Shown here one piece after another: positions 16,624-24,715 of a stretch of DNA of 43,340 bases. The DNA is taken from IMG/VR virus record IMGVR_UViG_3300049070_000042, positions 1-43,340 of that record. One strand, 5' to 3'. The translations under genes were made by a program, and so were the position numbers. A model generated the notes under the pieces. That model had not been told where the DNA came from. It worked only from the letters and a program-made list of their open reading frames with translations, and searched no databases. Positions within the stretch are counted from its first letter, which is position 1, and the number at the start of each line of letters is the position of its first letter. Source of the DNA: a virus.

Positions 16624-17477
16624 GCTGTTCTTTTTTTCTTTTTTGCTGCCCATATTTTAGCGACCTCGCTAAACGCATGCTTCGGTTTAGACTCCTCTGT
16701 CAGAACGTGATTTTTCAACTCTACCAATCGCATTTGAATTTGCTCTTCAGTTAATTCCGGGTGACGCTCACGGACGGTTCGTTCCTGGTTAGCCCAAAGT
16801 AATTCATGATGTTCACGAAGTCTTATCTCGGCTTCCGATTCGTTGTATGAGTAAACTTTTTCTTTTGGCCTAGTTTGTCCCTCTTCCTTAATTTCTTCCT
16901 CTGTCAAATCAGGAACACGCTTCATGCCTCCAGAATTATCTACAGCGTTCTGCCATTCAGCAAGCCAGTCACGGTCAGAGTTTTCAGGAATGACAACCTT
17001 GTAGTACTCATCCCGCTCTTTCATCAGCTGGTTTTCCATGACTTCGTACTTCTCGCTTAGGTATTGTTTCATCCATTCGCCTATCGTAATTCCGTCCATG
17101 CGCTGGATTTGTCCGTAGCGCCCCATTGCGCCGCGCTCAAAGCAGATTTTAAAATCAGCAATTGACTCGTTCGGGTACATGTCAATCAATTGATCTGCGA
17201 TAAAATCAACCTGGGTTCCGTTGAGGTTTCCTCCTACTGACATCAATTCGGCCATCTTGATTAGTTCGAATTGAATCATTCGCTTCACTGGGATTGCTGA
17301 TCTGTAGGTCATAATCATTTCGCGAATCTTTGGCTGATCGAAAACTAGTTCGATCTTCCTGGGTAGCATCTCTGAAGCTGTTTTGAAATCGTTACCCGCT
17401 ATTGTCTGCAATAACTTGTTTAGCAAAAGCTTCTCTAAGGCTGGTGATAGTTTGTTGTCGTTTGTCTGGAGGTCCAT
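16620..17477 (-). CDS. Replication-module protein, 285 aa, function unknown (alternative start 17369)
   Basis: It lies immediately downstream of the DUF1376 gene and overlaps it by 86 nt. The C-terminus is acidic and coiled. Confidence 0.5.
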   Translation of the reverse strand: MDLQTNDNKLSPALEKLLLNKLLQTIAGNDFKTASEMLPRKIELVFDQPKIREMIMTYRSAIPVKRMIQFELIKMAELMSVGGNLNGTQVDFIADQLIDMYPNESIADFKICFERGAMGRYGQIQRMDGITIGEWMKQYLSEKYEVMENQLMKERDEYYKVVIPENSDRDWLAEWQNAVDNSGGMKRVPDLTEEEIKEEGQTRPKEKVYSYNESEAEIRLREHHELLWANQERTVRERHPELTEEQIQMRLVELKNHVLTEESKPKHAFSEVAKIWAAKKKKRTA

Positions 17478-18129
17478 TTTGCTTTTTATCTAGTTCAAAA
17501 ATTCCTTGCCATTGGTTTGCGATACTGTTTTCAATCATCTGAATCGCTGTTGATTCGTCGTACTCGGATAACTTTTTTAATGCTGTTTGCTCTGACAATT
17601 CCGATCGGTACGGCTTTCGAATCTGCGATCGGTATTTTTTCCAGACGTCCCAAACCCGAAGGAATTTGTCGCTTGTGAACGGAAAAATTATTTTCGACTC
17701 TTTTTTAATCTTTAATTCATTTCCATTTCCATCTCCATTTCCTAAAGGTTCAACCAACGGTTGACCACTTTTATCTTTTGGTTGACGTTTGGTTGATTGT
17801 TGGTTAGACTTTGGTTCTTTTTTTAATGCTTTCGCTCTGTTTTCTGATTGTTTTACTGAATGCGCCTTCGCTTTCTTTTCAGAAGTTTCAAGCCATTCAA
17901 TAAAAAAAAGTCCGGCGGCATCTTTTTTCAAAATCCATTCCAGGGCTGGCCACACAGTGTCGAAATCTTTACTGAGAAACTTCTTTAAATCATTTATGGA
18001 GAGGTGTCCGCGCTGTCGTTGCTGAATTATTACGTCTGTGTAAGCGCCACGCTCCAGGCGATTCATGTGGGCCATGTCACGAGTGGCATCACCGTCATAG
18101 AAATTAAAACAAAAATCAGCTTTTGCCAT
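17392..18129 (-). CDS. DUF1376 (YdaU-like) replication-associated protein, 245 aa
   Basis: The N-terminus FNFYDGDATRDMAHMNRLERGAYTDVIIQQRQRGHL matches the DUF1376 signature. Confidence 0.6.
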   Translation of the reverse strand: MAKADFCFNFYDGDATRDMAHMNRLERGAYTDVIIQQRQRGHLSINDLKKFLSKDFDTVWPALEWILKKDAAGLFFIEWLETSEKKAKAHSVKQSENRAKALKKEPKSNQQSTKRQPKDKSGQPLVEPLGNGDGNGNELKIKKESKIIFPFTSDKFLRVWDVWKKYRSQIRKPYRSELSEQTALKKLSEYDESTAIQMIENSIANQWQGIFELDKKQNGPPDKRQQTITSLREAFAKQVIADNSG

Positions 18130-18166
18130 TTATTCCGCCTCGTTTAAAAAATTAAAAACCTAAAAA

Positions 18167-18973
18167 TTACTTAGTCACTTCAAATAATTTCAACTGGCTT
18201 TTATGCTGCTGGAACCGCTTTTCCTGGGCTGCATGATAGTCTTTATTGATTTCAAAGCCCACATAGCTACGCCCGCTTTCATCGGCGGCTATCCTTGAAG
18301 CTCCAGAACCGGTAAAACAATCTAAAATAACATCCCCACCGTTACTATACGTTTGAATTAAATATTTAAATAATGACACTGGTTTCTGTGTGGGATGAAT
18401 CATTTTTTGAACAGAATCAAAGGATGAGTCAAAGAATGAATTTTCGTAATCAACCGTAAATACTGACCTTGGATATCGGCTACCGTCTTTATGCCCTACA
18501 CCCATATCATGAGTGAATGTGCCGTAGTTTTTAGATCCTAGTGCCTTATTTCCCTTTTTAAATGAAGGACGCCCGTCTACCTTGTATTTTTGTGGGTTAA
18601 ATGTTGGTAAAGATTTATAGAAAACACATATGGTTTCATGAGCTCTAAGGGGAATTTTATTAGCATTTAAAAAGCCTGTGGCGATTGATTTTTCCCATAT
18701 AAGATCGTATCTAAACATTTGTCTATTTGAATTGATTAAATCAGTTGTGAATGGTTGTGCTGATGTAAACACAAACGCCCCATCGTCTTTTACGACTCTT
18801 TTCCACTCTTCCCATAATTCTCCCAAATTTATAGCCGTATCCCAATCATTATTCGTCATCCCGTATGGGGGATCTGTAATAAGTAAATCAAAATGCTTAT
18901 TTGGGAATCCTTTTAACCCCTCAAGGCAATCCATATTATAACAAAGGCTACCTGAATTAATATCTACAGTCAT
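18167..18973 (-). CDS. DNA N6-adenine / N4-cytosine methyltransferase (beta class), 268 aa
   Basis: DPPYG (motif IV) is near the N-terminus and FTGSGAS (motif I) is near the C-terminus. Confidence 0.85.
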   Translation of the reverse strand: MTVDINSGSLCYNMDCLEGLKGFPNKHFDLLITDPPYGMTNNDWDTAINLGELWEEWKRVVKDDGAFVFTSAQPFTTDLINSNRQMFRYDLIWEKSIATGFLNANKIPLRAHETICVFYKSLPTFNPQKYKVDGRPSFKKGNKALGSKNYGTFTHDMGVGHKDGSRYPRSVFTVDYENSFFDSSFDSVQKMIHPTQKPVSLFKYLIQTYSNGGDVILDCFTGSGASRIAADESGRSYVGFEINKDYHAAQEKRFQQHKSQLKLFEVTK

Positions 18974-18984
18974 TCTGTTTTACC

Positions 18985-19221
18985 TTAGCGTACTCCATCA
19001 GTTTTAGTTTTTCGTGATGCTTCCTTTTCTAAGACACATGGGCATGTCGAATATTCATTTTCACCAACCTGCACGCCGCCGCTGCCTTTGCAGTGTGGGC
19101 AATTTGGGTCAGGTTCGTATTGGTTCTTTTCGAACGCAACCGAGCCGTTATCAAAGCCATAGGCTCCAGCGGTTTTAGCGGATAGGTTGCGGGCGATCTT
19201 TGGTTTAGGCTTCTGGCTCAT
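18985..19221 (-). CDS. Zinc-finger protein, 78 aa (CPHCKGSG...CPC, DnaJ-like CxxCxGxG)
   Basis: It carries the Cys motifs. Its N-terminal 26 codons lie inside the 74-bp repeat 19148..19221. Confidence 0.6.
   Translation of the reverse strand: MSQKPKPKIARNLSAKTAGAYGFDNGSVAFEKNQYEPDPNCPHCKGSGGVQVGENEYSTCPCVLEKEASRKTKTDGVR
19148..19221. repeat. 74-bp imperfect direct repeat, copy A
   Basis: Hand alignment to 19682..19755 gives 63/74 matches, and 48/51 over the start-proximal part. It covers EPEA-stop of the upstream gene and MSQKPKPKIARNLSAKT of the downstream gene. Confidence 0.85.
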
Positions 19222-19600
19222 GGTTCAATAGTTCTGGATTTTCGTAAATATTGCCGATGACTTCGACCCCTTTGCCTTCTTGTCTTGCTGTAAAAATTCT
19301 CTCTCTATCAAAGATGTCTTTTATTGCAGCCTTTCCGGTTGATCGCTTTACGATTGGCATGTCACCATCATAGTCAGAATCGTATTCATAATCCCATGAA
19401 ATAACATCCCCCTCATAAATCTCTTTCCCGTTCTTGTCTTTGAGGCCGGTGTATTGTGCCTCTGTAATTAGGTCCCAACGTATAGTATAGTCTGGCGCTT
19501 GAACCTCCCCACGCCGGATATTCTCAAGGGTGTAATCTTTAGCGCGCACTTCGTTTGTCCTGTCATGCTTCCAATAGTATCGAAACTTTATTTCTCTCAT
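19205..19600 (-). CDS. YopX family protein, 131 aa (start ATG 19600)
   Basis: MREIKFRYYW..., QYTGLKDKNGKEIYEGDVI... and VIGNIYENPELL are the YopX hallmarks. Its start forms an ATGA overlap with the stop of 19597..19755. Confidence 0.8.
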   Translation of the reverse strand: MREIKFRYYWKHDRTNEVRAKDYTLENIRRGEVQAPDYTIRWDLITEAQYTGLKDKNGKEIYEGDVISWDYEYDSDYDGDMPIVKRSTGKAAIKDIFDRERIFTARQEGKGVEVIGNIYENPELLNHEPEA

Positions 19601-19755
19601 TTTTTTGTCCATTCCTTCAAATCTTCTTCCTTAATTTCTTTCCCGTTAATTCTGCGGTTCTTTCCAAAAGCTACGTCTCCATTATCAAAGCAGTAATGGC
19701 CGGAGGTTTTAGCGGATAGGTTACGTGCGATCTTTGGCTTAGGCTTCTGGCTCAT
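19597..19755 (-). CDS. Small ORF, 52 aa, whose N-terminus is paralogous to the zinc-finger gene 18985..19221 (possible truncated duplicate)
   Basis: My own translation is MSQKPKPKIARNLSAKTSGHYCFDNGDVAFGKNRRINGKEIKEEDLKEWTKK. It is below the track cutoff. Confidence 0.45.
   Translation of the reverse strand: MSQKPKPKIARNLSAKTSGHYCFDNGDVAFGKNRRINGKEIKEEDLKEWTKK
19682..19755. repeat. 74-bp imperfect direct repeat, copy B
   Basis: See 19148..19221. The offset between copies is exactly 534 bp. Confidence 0.85.
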
Positions 19756-20569
19756 AAATTCTTTCTATTGCTTTGAAGATTTCGAAGGCGACTTGCGGGA
19801 CGATGGCGTTTCCAAGGGACTTAATTCTGTCCACCCTATTGGGTATCCCATGAACTCTTCGCACCATTCCGGATTTAGTGCCCCGTTGAACACTTGGCAC
19901 AATTGGATTTGACTTGAATTTTGTCGTAATCCGTTGTTCTTGGCGTCTTTCGTGCTCAATGTTGGTAAAAGCCTCAATAGTGTCTCTTCCAAGTACAATG
20001 GAACTGTATTCTGATTGGCGTTTCTCTTCCTGAAGTCTGAGCACTTTTGCATTGTCTTCTCCGATCGTACACGGCTTACTGCTGTGAGTGTAGGCAACAA
20101 ACCAATATCTGAGTCGTCTGTGTTGGGCACCGATGCTTGCAGCATCAATACCAATCGGTTCCGTCGTGTACCCTTTAACCTCCAACGAGGAACATATTTC
20201 GTCGACCAGTTGCCATGAGCCACTAACATTTTCGCCAACAACGACGGTCGGTTGAATTTCTCCAATGACTCTAAGCATTTCCGGCCATAGATATCTAGAA
20301 TCTTCTTTTCCGTTTTGTTTTCCAGCGACACTAAAAGGTTGACATGGAAATCCTCCTGTAAGAATGTCAACTGTGCCCCGTAAAGCTGTTCCGTTGAATG
20401 TTTTGATGTCTCCATGAATCGGTACGTTTGGAAAATTCTTGTTTAAAACCTTTTGGCAAAATTTATCTATCTCAACGAATTGAATTGTTTCCCACCCCAT
20501 CCACCTTGCCGCAAGCGCAAAGCCTCCGATTCCAGAAAACAAATCAAGGTGTCTCATTTCTGAAACCAC
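19739..20569 (-). CDS. dcm: DNA cytosine-5 methyltransferase, 276 aa
   Basis: Motifs present are DLFSGIGG (I), GGFPCQPFS (IV), GENV (VI), QHRRLRYWF (VIII) and GNAIVPQV (X). Confidence 0.9.
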   Translation of the reverse strand: MVSEMRHLDLFSGIGGFALAARWMGWETIQFVEIDKFCQKVLNKNFPNVPIHGDIKTFNGTALRGTVDILTGGFPCQPFSVAGKQNGKEDSRYLWPEMLRVIGEIQPTVVVGENVSGSWQLVDEICSSLEVKGYTTEPIGIDAASIGAQHRRLRYWFVAYTHSSKPCTIGEDNAKVLRLQEEKRQSEYSSIVLGRDTIEAFTNIEHERRQEQRITTKFKSNPIVPSVQRGTKSGMVRRVHGIPNRVDRIKSLGNAIVPQVAFEIFKAIERIYEPEA

Positions 20570-20769
20570 TTAACAACCTGTATCAACAGCATTATAACTC
20601 CAGCCACTCCGAAAAAGGAGACGAGCATTAACATTCCGATTTTAAGAAGGTGGTTTGTGAAGAGTTCCTGGCGCTTGGCGCGGCGTTCGGAAATTTGGTA
20701 GAAGTCATCATCGATATCGGAATCTTCGAATACATATCGAACAGTTCCGTTAGGTAGTGTGGTTTTCAT
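20554..20769 (-). CDS. C-terminally anchored small membrane protein, 71 aa
   Basis: TM helix IGMLMLVSFFGVAGVIMLLI. Confidence 0.5.
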   Translation of the reverse strand: MKTTLPNGTVRYVFEDSDIDDDFYQISERRAKRQELFTNHLLKIGMLMLVSFFGVAGVIMLLIQVVKWFQK

Positions 20770-20780
20770 GGTTGGTTTGG

Positions 20781-21068
20781 TTATCTGTCTTCAATTATTT
20801 GCTTGAATTTTTCTCTCAAGTATCTGGTATCAAAGCCATGCGCCCTGTTATGGCAAACACGACAAAGTGCGATCAAATTAGTCGTCGCGTCCTGTTCATC
20901 CTTTCTTTTCGAACCGAACGAGCTACGCGGTAGTACGTGATGGATGTCCACAGCAAGCCTTTTGCCGCAATACTCACATGATATCTGACTAGATTCATCA
21001 TATCCAAAAGCCTTGTAATAATTTTCAACGTGTTTTTGCATGGATAAACTGTCTTTAGTCACTTGCAT
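20781..21068 (-). CDS. HNH endonuclease, 95 aa
   Basis: CEYCGK...DIHHVLPRS...CRVCHNRAH. Confidence 0.8.
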   Translation of the reverse strand: MQVTKDSLSMQKHVENYYKAFGYDESSQISCEYCGKRLAVDIHHVLPRSSFGSKRKDEQDATTNLIALCRVCHNRAHGFDTRYLREKFKQIIEDR

Positions 21069-21070
21069 GG

Positions 21071-21253
21071 TTACTCTTTACCATTTGAAAATACTGACTC
21101 AGCATGTTTGACGATGGTGTGTAATTTTCCTATCTGGCGTTTGATTTCTTTCATTCGCTCGGAGGCTTCGTTCTTTGTTTTTTCAAGCTCATTGTACTCC
21201 GCTTGTAGCTCGGTGATTTTGTCGGTGATATTCATTGAATTAAGTATTAGCAT
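21071..21253 (-). CDS. Small coiled-coil protein (start 21253 or 21235; the track start 21331 is unlikely)
   Basis: The longer version would read through the hairpin and T7 terminator at 21254..21283. Confidence 0.45.
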   Translation of the reverse strand: MLILNSMNITDKITELQAEYNELEKTKNEASERMKEIKRQIGKLHTIVKHAESVFSNGKE

Positions 21254-21283
21254 AAAAAAAGCCCTGACTTGTTGCGGGCCTTT
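21254..21283 (-). terminator. Rho-independent terminator candidate on the minus strand
   Basis: The minus strand reads AAAGGCCC-(11 nt)-GGGCTTTTTTT. Stem is about 8 bp including A:T pairs and one G:U pair, followed by T7. Confidence 0.5.
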
Positions 21284-21390
21284 ACCTCCGCGCCAAATCA
21301 AGGCTAAAATTTCTTTCGAAACCTGTCTCAAAGGTAAAGGCCTGACAGTTAATTTCTATGTGAATGTACATAAATTTTATTCTAAGGTTA

Positions 21391-21756
21391 TCAATCCTTA
21401 ATATTTAATTTCAAGTTCTCGATATAGTCCTCCATTTTTGCCATGTAGTATAGCTGAAAGTCCTTATATCCTTCAGGGTCTTGTTTCCAAAGGATATACA
21501 GTACATTGTACATCCTTTTGCTTGGTGTCTTACCTTGCGGCAAGTCTGCGGTGATGGCGTTCACCTGGTCCATTTCCTTTTGTGTTATGACGTCTTTAGG
21601 ACTCAGGTACATCATGGCGACTTTCTTACGAAGGGAGAACAGTTCGCCAGCTTTAGCCGGGCTTAGTTCTTGCGTTTCGACGCATACTGAAACTGAACCA
21701 TCTTTAAGGCTTCGTATAGAAGAGATCACAACGGGGAGGAGTAGGCCTTCCATCAT
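21391..21756 (-). CDS. Hypothetical protein, 121 aa
   Basis: ATGA-type overlap with the upstream gene. Confidence 0.55.
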   Translation of the reverse strand: MMEGLLLPVVISSIRSLKDGSVSVCVETQELSPAKAGELFSLRKKVAMMYLSPKDVITQKEMDQVNAITADLPQGKTPSKRMYNVLYILWKQDPEGYKDFQLYYMAKMEDYIENLKLNIKD

Positions 21757-22244
21757 TTTAAGAAAACTTTAACGCCGGTTTTACTTCTTTTAAATGGCGG
21801 CCTGATCTCCTCCAGGGCTCCAGACTCCTTATCAAGATATGTTAAAGGCTCCTTCAGCGAACGCAGGAAGTTCTCTCGCTCCTTCTTACGTGCCTCCAGA
21901 GCCTTAATTTCTGCATCTAAGCGTTCCCATTCAACATCCTTCGAAGTTGTATAGTCGTACTTAGTATAGACCTCACAGCGTTCCATAATGGCACCAAAGG
22001 CTTCAAATTTCTTTTCTGAGTACTTCTCGGCAGCGGTTAAGATGTTGTCCTGTATCTCTTCTCTGACCTCTTCAGATAGCAATTCAAGTGAACGCAGCAT
22101 AGCAAGTACTTCTAATGGGTTGGCGTCGCCGTTTTGTACGGCTTTGATGATACCATGCGCAAACGTAGCTACCTCTTTGGCTTTGTTAGGCATTAGCCTA
22201 AGGGCGCTCATTGGTGTTGATGGCAATTCACTTGATGGATTCAT
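21753..22244 (-). CDS. Hypothetical coiled-coil protein, 163 aa (possibly Gp157-like)
   Basis: The resemblance rests on architecture only, so I make no firm functional call. Confidence 0.5.
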   Translation of the reverse strand: MNPSSELPSTPMSALRLMPNKAKEVATFAHGIIKAVQNGDANPLEVLAMLRSLELLSEEVREEIQDNILTAAEKYSEKKFEAFGAIMERCEVYTKYDYTTSKDVEWERLDAEIKALEARKKERENFLRSLKEPLTYLDKESGALEEIRPPFKRSKTGVKVFLK

Positions 22245-22620
22245 ACAATTTTAACATGTTTAGAAATATAGATTCGGTTGCCCCATTCATGGCCTTAATA
22301 TCAACCTTCCCACCGACTACTAAATCTTTTGAATATGCAGCGGCAAAGCTTATGAACTGTATCCGCGGATCCATCGCCGGCCTGGGTTTAAACCCTGTGT
22401 TTTCCATTACCGCTTTAATTTTGTTTCCCTTGCTGGTTTCTTCAATGGTGTAATGAAGCTCGCTGCCTGGGTTAAGTTTTGATGGCATTTTTTCCTTAGT
22501 GCCTATCTGGCCAACGTCGCCGTTATCAAGTTCAATTTTATGGTAGTAAATTTGTCCTCCTTTCGGATTGGACCATTCACTTACAAATGTTGTTCGGGTT
22601 ATTTTAGCTTTCTTTTCCAT
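22228..22620 (-). CDS. Hypothetical protein, 130 aa
   Basis: A clean ORF with no recognisable motif. Confidence 0.55.
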   Translation of the reverse strand: MEKKAKITRTTFVSEWSNPKGGQIYYHKIELDNGDVGQIGTKEKMPSKLNPGSELHYTIEETSKGNKIKAVMENTGFKPRPAMDPRIQFISFAAAYSKDLVVGGKVDIKAMNGATESIFLNMLKLYESIK

Positions 22621-22705
22621 ACGTTTATCGATTTGGATTTATAAAAAGTGGTGCCCGTGAACCAGTCGTTACGTTTAAGATTCACAGGCTATCCCACGTT
22701 AATTT

Positions 22706-23506
22706 TTATCCTGACCAATGGAGCAGGTATTTATCCTTATCATCTTGGGCAAGTACATATTCAATTGTCTCCTCCACTATTTCAAGCGCTTCGACGTACC
22801 ATTGATTTTCCCCCTCGCAGATCACGTATGTACATGGAAGGATACGGTCACTTAAAAGCATCTTTTTTACACCGTTGATTAAGCCGTAAACTTTAATAGG
22901 CTCCGAGTGATAGAAGTGCCCATTCAAATTAGAGTAGGCCTGCCAGTCCTTATTGGTGTTTCGTGTTTTCTCATCAAGATAAATTGACATAGCTTCCTGC
23001 TCATCCGTTATCTTACATTCCTTTGGATTCCTGAAATCATTCCATGAGACATCAAAGCATCTTAGATTATTCTTTTGTTTCAATTGACTGATTGCGTTCC
23101 TAACGTTAATTAATGCCATTATCCAGTCAGGGGTAAACTTGTAAACGTCATCAGTATTACCAAATATTTCAGATAGCGTAGGAAGTCCAAGATTGAGGAG
23201 TATCCTATTAATACCGCCATCGTTGTACGAACTTCTAAAATATCCTATTTTAAAAAGGTGTTCAGGATATTTTTCACTATTCATTTCAATACATTGTTTG
23301 TTGGTTTTGTCATCACCCCATTCATCAAGACCTAATTCAGCGGCATACTTTTTATCGGCCGACCTTAATGTTTCCTTCTCATGATCAGTAAGGTCTTCAT
23401 ATTTTTTACCGTTCCAGTTTTCTTCAGAAAATTTATTGTATTTTTCTTCTAAAGATTCTGTTAGGTCTTTGTTTTCGTAACGATACAAATAGATGTCTAA
23501 TCCCAT
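22706..23506 (-). CDS. Hypothetical protein, 266 aa
   Basis: A long clean ORF in the early operon with no recognisable motif. Confidence 0.6.
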   Translation of the reverse strand: MGLDIYLYRYENKDLTESLEEKYNKFSEENWNGKKYEDLTDHEKETLRSADKKYAAELGLDEWGDDKTNKQCIEMNSEKYPEHLFKIGYFRSSYNDGGINRILLNLGLPTLSEIFGNTDDVYKFTPDWIMALINVRNAISQLKQKNNLRCFDVSWNDFRNPKECKITDEQEAMSIYLDEKTRNTNKDWQAYSNLNGHFYHSEPIKVYGLINGVKKMLLSDRILPCTYVICEGENQWYVEALEIVEETIEYVLAQDDKDKYLLHWSG

Positions 23507-23626
23507 AGTATTGAAGTTTTAATGTGTTGATATTTTGGTTTATTTATTTTCGGTGAACACTGAGCACAATACCAAAGCAGTATAAATGCAATAAGAAGGA
23601 ATAAAAGAAAGTTGCACAGCGCCGGT

Positions 23627-23764
23627 TCATAGTTTCGTGATGCTAAACAAATTGAATCCCAAAGGCCATCCATCAACAAGAAAGTTTTCACGTGTAGTAA
23701 TTACATTAGCAACTTGCTTTGTTTTCAGGTTAATGAATCGGTAACGTTTTAGTGTTGGTTTCAT
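23627..23764 (-). CDS. Small ORF, 45 aa (below the track cutoff)
   Basis: My own translation is MKPTLKRYRFINLKTKQVANVITTRENFLVDGWPLGFNLFSITKL. It has an ATGA overlap with 23761..23940. It competes with the track ORF 23497..23691. Confidence 0.4.
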   Translation of the reverse strand: MKPTLKRYRFINLKTKQVANVITTRENFLVDGWPLGFNLFSITKL

Positions 23765-23940
23765 CGCAGAACGTGTTTAATAACTTTAACTTGTTGACGT
23801 CTTTGTGCTCGATAGCGTAAAAACAAGGCTTTATCTTTATTGGGATTATCGGAACGCAGATAATCAGGACGCTCATTAAGTATTGGTGCATTTCCAAAGT
23901 CTTTACCGAAAATTTCTTGTGCTTTAGTTAATGGTTTCAT
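23761..23940 (-). CDS. Small basic ORF, 59 aa (one residue below the track cutoff)
   Basis: My own translation is MKPLTKAQEIFGKDFGNAPILNERPDYLRSDNPNKDKALFLRYRAQRRQQVKVIKHVLR. It fills a gap of about 250 nt. Confidence 0.5.
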   Translation of the reverse strand: MKPLTKAQEIFGKDFGNAPILNERPDYLRSDNPNKDKALFLRYRAQRRQQVKVIKHVLR

Positions 23941-23942
23941 AA

Positions 23943-24188
23943 TTAATTTGGTTTAGAATAATATCTTTCAGCCGCAGCCGTGTTGTCTTCTTTTTCAAGT
24001 TCGTTGATAAGCTTTCTTAGCTCGGACCACCCACCATAGTAGTGAGCTAGTTCACGAAGGTCGCGTTCGTTTATCTGGCGCTGTTGCTCGATTGATTCAT
24101 CTTTACACTTTTTGATTTTTGTCCCCTGTACCACCGTACAATTTTTAGCACTACTCATGTTTTTATTATTTACGTTTTTCGATTTCAT
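23943..24188 (-). CDS. Hypothetical protein, 81 aa (alternative start 24158)
   Basis: ORF in the early operon. Confidence 0.5.
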   Translation of the reverse strand: MKSKNVNNKNMSSAKNCTVVQGTKIKKCKDESIEQQRQINERDLRELAHYYGGWSELRKLINELEKEDNTAAAERYYSKPN

Positions 24189-24372
24189 GATCTACAGTGA
24201 TGGCTATTCCTGACTCTTTAAGCAAGCCTGCTGCTCTTTCCAGGTTCTCAAGTTCTTCCAGGTCAAACGATTCTGGATCAGCATAGAAGCGATTGTAAGA
24301 ATGTTGGACTAACTTTTTAAGGAGTTCTGTTTTAATGGAGTCGGTTAGTTTTTCGGTGAGTGTCATAAACAA
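24166..24372 (-). CDS. Hypothetical acidic protein, 68 aa
   Basis: ORF in the early operon. Confidence 0.5.
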   Translation of the reverse strand: MFMTLTEKLTDSIKTELLKKLVQHSYNRFYADPESFDLEELENLERAAGLLKESGIAITVDHEIEKRK

Positions 24373-24599
24373 TGTCTTTTGGCGTATTCGTTTGTCTTAA
24401 CAGTCTTAATGTTATTCAACCTATTCAACTCATTTTCCCAGGCTTCAGGGTTACCGGCAGAACCTTTAGCGTGATGCTCGGTAATTTCTTTATTAACTAA
24501 CTCGATTTCTTTTTTAAGTTCGTCACAGCTAATTTGTGGATGTGGATCATTTTCTGAACATGATAAAAAGAGAACCGCAACTAATAAGATCGTTTTCAT
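24363..24599 (-). CDS. Predicted lipoprotein, 78 aa (start ATG 24599); first gene of the leftward operon
   Basis: MKTILLVAVLFLSCSENDP is a signal peptide with a lipobox-like LSC. Confidence 0.6.
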   Translation of the reverse strand: MKTILLVAVLFLSCSENDPHPQISCDELKKEIELVNKEITEHHAKGSAGNPEAWENELNRLNNIKTVKTNEYAKRHCL

Positions 24600-24624
24600 T
24601 TGTCTGAATTGATGAATCAAAGTA

Positions 24625-24642
24625 AGTTGAAAGTTTTCAACT
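24625..24642. promoter_or_regulatory. Inverted repeat (operator candidate) in the divergent intergenic region
   Basis: AGTTGAAA-GT-TTTCAACT has perfect 8-bp arms. It lies between the leftward and rightward operons in an AT-rich 116-nt spacer. Confidence 0.4.
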
Positions 24643-24715
24643 ATGCAAATTATTTGGTATAAATTTTTAAACTTTTTTTATTGTAATTAAGTAGAAATTA
24701 TTACACCTTTGATGT

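Noticed and set aside
19765-20415. 216-aa minus-strand ORF inside the dcm gene, in an alternative frame
   Set aside because: The overlapping frame 19739..20569 carries the complete ordered C5-methyltransferase motif set. The alternative frame has no motifs, so I treat it as a shadow ORF.
21329-21336. Exact TAnnTTTG match (TACCTTTG) on the minus strand
   Set aside because: It lies upstream of the minus-strand terminator hairpin at 21254..21283 and lacks a properly spaced -33 TTG. Its position makes a functional promoter doubtful.
22640-22700. Possible hairpin or terminator in the 85-nt gap between 22706..23506 and 22228..22620
   Set aside because: The stems are short (5-6 bp with a bulge), the loops are long and there is no adjacent T-tract.
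23497-23691. 64-aa minus-strand ORF (GTG start) from the track
   Set aside because: I have not fully rejected it. It overlaps and competes with the 45-aa ORF 23627..23764, which has an ATG start and an ATGA junction with its upstream neighbour. It also overlaps the 266-aa gene start by 10 nt. I left it out of the feature list as unresolved.
24600-24715. Bacteroidota -7 promoter boxes in the divergent spacer
   Set aside because: I found only near-matches: TACTTTG and TAATTTG on the minus strand, each one nucleotide short of TAnnTTTG, and TAcaccTTTG on the plus strand. I did not call any of them.
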